36,909 nucleotides of DNA from a virus, in IMG/VR virus record IMGVR_UViG_3300045988_177880, positions 1 through 36,909 of that record. One strand, written 5' to 3'. Below are positions 35,401-36,909 of the stretch, piece by piece; position 1 is the stretch's first letter; each line of letters starts with the position of its first letter. The translations under genes and the position numbers were made by a program. Under the pieces are notes generated by a model. It searched no databases. It was not told the origin of the DNA and was given only the letters and a program-made list of their open reading frames with translations.

Positions 35401-35589
35401 GATGTGACACCCGAAACAATAGTACATGTTTTTGCTCGGGGTGACGACGAATGAAGGAGTTCGTTCATTATGAACCGGACAGCAACATTTATAGTTATGC
35501 CCACTTTCTTGCAGAGGTACGAAGTCGCGTACGACATCCTCGATGTGCGTTGCATCGAGGATTCTTGCTATGTCTCTATCGTCATACAT
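32416..35589 (-). CDS. Bifunctional DNA primase (CHC2 Zn finger plus Toprim) / P-loop helicase
   Basis: The CHC2 zinc finger is CCCPVHNERTPSF...YYCFGCHIGGNAIDF. Toprim motifs are YLVEGAPDVM and FIPDADPP. Walker A is FGPKGSGKSELG and Walker B is LVHIDEY. Confidence 0.9.
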   Translation of the reverse strand: MYDDRDIARILDATHIEDVVRDFVPLQESGHNYKCCCPVHNERTPSFVVTPSKNMYYCFGCHIGGNAIDFLMTVEGMTFREAVEYLANKSGITIEYKASAQTAADAAANQKREAMLHANRVAMEYYVSRMSADDTDAQRAKEYANNRWGERYVQQQCIGYAPGHGAFRDYAKDKGLSTDILVEVGLLRRDDKGNVRDYYYNRIVIPIRSRSNQVLGFTARALDDNGPKYINSPASIVYSKKDTIFGLNAAARQIASDEIVYLVEGAPDVMRLQSIGVANTVASLGTEWSQSQFDQLRRYNPTICFIPDADPPKKVGDVYGPGIAAVIKNGLAALRYGFRVIVKEIPQGKDKQDPDSYITSRAILDSLHKQDFVPWYAEKLLIGKETASERAPVMKEVAKLLAEMGDADARKALVRQTAKVFGVSSAVVESSVSAVITKGEKRSDDGNLINQELYRKYGFCERDNYYYSLSKEGEPMVWSNFVMQPLFHIKDQLSPKRLYKITNINRQTEIVELKQEDLVSLQRFKLKVEGIGNYIWKAKDDHLTKLKGYLYEQTETATEVTQLGWQKDDFFAFGNGVLYNGIWMAADEYGIVKLPDVGNYYLPAASSIYRNERKLFQFERKFIHSTMSEITLRQYTDKLVAVFGDNAKIGICFLFATLFKDVVTAVTKNFPILNLFGPKGSGKSELGHSLMSFFVINNEPPNLSSATDAALADTVAQCANALVHIDEYKNSIELNRREFIKGLYDGVGRTRMNMDRDKKRETTAVDCGVILSGQEMPTIDIAIFSRLLFLTFNTSEFSVEAKRKFDDLKTWRNLGCSHLTLQLLKHRKRVEANFAGNYKVTLADILASVDGDMVEDRILRNWVIPLAIFRTLEGVVDVAWSYRDMLALCVAGIRRQNRECRSTNELANFWAVVDYLHQNGEVFIDADYRIKYETSFRCKGMRDKIEWQRARPILYLCPKRIMMLYKKNGKIVGDATLPVESLRFYLENSKEYIGTKYAVRFKNLSNVRESTMAVTGASGMPSVQATSRTDWALCFDYQLLMENYNINLEVDGTAIDD

Positions 35590-35593
35590 CCGG

Positions 35594-36139
35594 CTATCGA
35601 TTATTAAATCGAGTAATCAATTGTGCTGTCGTGTGTAGATGCAGTCTGGTCTTGATGTTCTGCACATGCCGGTTGACGGTATAGACAGATATGTCCAGTT
35701 CATCAGCGACATCTTGACGAGTAAGACCTTGTGCAATCAAGTGCGCTACCTCAGTTTCGCGTTCGGTCAAGCTCGTCTCGAGCCGTGGCTTGCATAACAC
35801 ACCTTCAAGTTTGCATTCCCCTCTGAGCGGACAATGTACTTCTTCGAGATTGAGACAGCCATCATTGGCAACATCAATTGATAATGTATCATATTCGCCG
35901 AAATTACAACGAATGAAACGGTGAACTATTCGATATTCATAGTATGGACGATTAGGCTGGCTCTTGGCATACATTTCCGCCAGTACAACGAACGCTTGTG
36001 GGTATAAGTCGCGTATCAGCGCGAGCATATCTTGTGTAAGGCTGCGGTGGCCTATCGTATATACATACATCGCCTCGTTTTGGGGCTTAACATTTATGCT
36101 GCCATCCGGGCAAACGTAAAACTCAACGTTCTGCAACAT
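35594..36139 (-). CDS. LuxR/GerE-family HTH transcriptional regulator with a Cys-containing N-terminal domain
   Basis: The C-terminal LTERETEVAHLIAQGLTRQDVADELDISVYTVNRHVQNIKTRL is a classic GerE HTH. Confidence 0.85.
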   Translation of the reverse strand: MLQNVEFYVCPDGSINVKPQNEAMYVYTIGHRSLTQDMLALIRDLYPQAFVVLAEMYAKSQPNRPYYEYRIVHRFIRCNFGEYDTLSIDVANDGCLNLEEVHCPLRGECKLEGVLCKPRLETSLTERETEVAHLIAQGLTRQDVADELDISVYTVNRHVQNIKTRLHLHTTAQLITRFNNR

Positions 36140-36314
36140 AGCTTTCTTCGATTAGTGATTCAATAAGTGTTCGCTCCGATGTTCGCCATGAGTCATCTCT
36201 AAGTTTTCGCCAAAAGCTACTAAAACTTATACCTGTACGTCGAATTACTTCGTCACGAAACGCGGCTTTGTCCTCGCGAGTCGGCAGTAATGAGTAATAG
36301 TCTAATATAACCAT
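36123..36314 (-). CDS. Small early protein (Cro-like position)
   Basis: 63-aa first ORF of the leftward early operon, divergent from the XRE repressor. Confidence 0.45.
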   Translation of the reverse strand: MVILDYYSLLPTREDKAAFRDEVIRRTGISFSSFWRKLRDDSWRTSERTLIESLIEESYVAER

Positions 36315-36360
36315 AGTCAGTATTTTGTATGTGATTTCTTGTGTGTACTATCATTTTAAT

Positions 36361-36435
36361 TGCTAAATTAGCAGTGCAAAACTAATAAAAACCATCGTAA
36401 TCTCTATTATAGAGAATAGGTTTAACTAAGTTAAA
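36361..36435. promoter_or_regulatory. Switch region with three distinct palindromes (candidate operators)
   Basis: TGCTAA-A-TTAGCA (36361-36373). TCTCTAT-T-ATAGAGA (36401-36415). TTTAAC-TAA-GTTAAA (36421-36435). All lie between the divergent early genes. Confidence 0.6.
36377..36384 (-). promoter_or_regulatory. -7 box TAGTTTTG for the leftward early operon
   Basis: TAnnTTTG on the minus strand, 63 nt upstream of the ATG at 36314. Confidence 0.4.
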
Positions 36436-36458
36436 TAAATATAAATTGATAGTTATAT

Positions 36459-36791
36459 ATGTATAATCCACAGAAAATCATTGAATTATTGGAAGAGCGC
36501 CGCGTGAAAGCTCGCGATCTGCTTACATTCCTCGGTAAAAATTGGAATGGTTCGGTCTCGCAAGTGGTCAACCATGACATCCGCGTATCCAAGATTGAAC
36601 GCATTGCCGATTTTTTTCAAGTGCCTATCGATACCTTCTTCGATCGCGAAACACCGGTGCTTAACGGTGTGCCGAGCAATTCAGCAGCCGCACGCATATC
36701 CGATTTGGAATGCCTACTCGCCGAAAAGGATAAGCGTATTGCCTTACTTGAAGATATGGTAAGCCTTCTGAAAGAAAGAGAAAAAAAGTAA
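36459..36791 (+). CDS. XRE-family HTH repressor-like protein with a C-terminal coiled coil
   Basis: The HTH_3-like segment is VKARDLLTFLGKNWNGSVSQVVNHDIRVSKIERIADFFQVPIDTFF. The C-terminal LECLLAEKDKRIALLEDMVSLLKEREKK is leucine-zipper-like. There is no peptidase domain. Confidence 0.8.
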   Translation: MYNPQKIIELLEERRVKARDLLTFLGKNWNGSVSQVVNHDIRVSKIERIADFFQVPIDTFFDRETPVLNGVPSNSAAARISDLECLLAEKDKRIALLEDMVSLLKEREKK

Positions 36792-36799
36792 TAATTTAC

Positions 36800-36817
36800 T
36801 CGGACGAAAGTCGGACG
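36800..36817 (+). repeat. Two TCGGACG repeats with 11-bp phasing (partner of 126-147)
   Basis: TCGGACG at 36800 and 36811. The 11-mer AGTCGGACGAT (36809-36819) is identical to 128-138. Confidence 0.7.
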
Positions 36818-36834
36818 ATATGCTGCATAAATAC

Positions 36835-36909
36835 ATGGTCAAGAATACGCTCAGGCGGCATTAAAATATCGGCCTACACAACGAAGTTTACTCCCTCTCT
36901 CTCCGCAGA
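36835..36909. repeat. Terminal direct repeat, right copy (identical to 1-75)
   Basis: Exact 75-nt match to the window start. Confidence 0.95.

Overview
This window looks like a complete temperate tailed-phage genome of about 36.8 kb. Bases 1-75 recur exactly at 36835-36909, so the sequence either closes into a circle or is terminally redundant.

Only two genes read rightward: a tyrosine integrase (170-1360) and an XRE-type repressor (36459-36791). They flank the junction. Everything else reads leftward, in this order:
- Early operon (36314 to 31269): small protein, LuxR-type regulator, 1057-aa primase-helicase, DUF4417 protein, 176-aa protein.
- An untranscribed-looking spacer with 11 copies of TGTAGAA (30709-30947).
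- Head and packaging operon (30616 to 23079): ClpP-like protease/scaffold, P2 gpN-like capsid protein, a single-HKD PLD-family nuclease, terminase.
- An AT-rich accessory island (22420 to 20131): HTH-ImmA/IrrE Zn-peptidase coupled to a DUF4411 PIN-like nuclease, plus a lipoprotein.
- Portal and connector genes, a 1007-aa tail fibre, a holin/amidase/u-spanin lysis cassette, a 1467-aa tape measure and a 676-aa distal tail protein.

Three full TTTG-N19/20-TAnnTTTG promoters point to a Bacteroidota host.

Most interesting items:
- the peptidase/PIN-like nuclease cassette that interrupts the morphogenesis genes
- the TGTAGAA iteron field
- an orphan structured RNA of about 160 nt bounded by a promoter and a terminator (31110-31270), convergent with the early operon
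- phased TCGGACG arm-type repeats around the putative attP
- an HKD nuclease inside the head operon
- the lysis cassette sitting between the tail fibre and the tape measure

I found no tRNA, rRNA, CRISPR array, reverse transcriptase or transposase. All family assignments come from reading motifs by eye, not from database searches.
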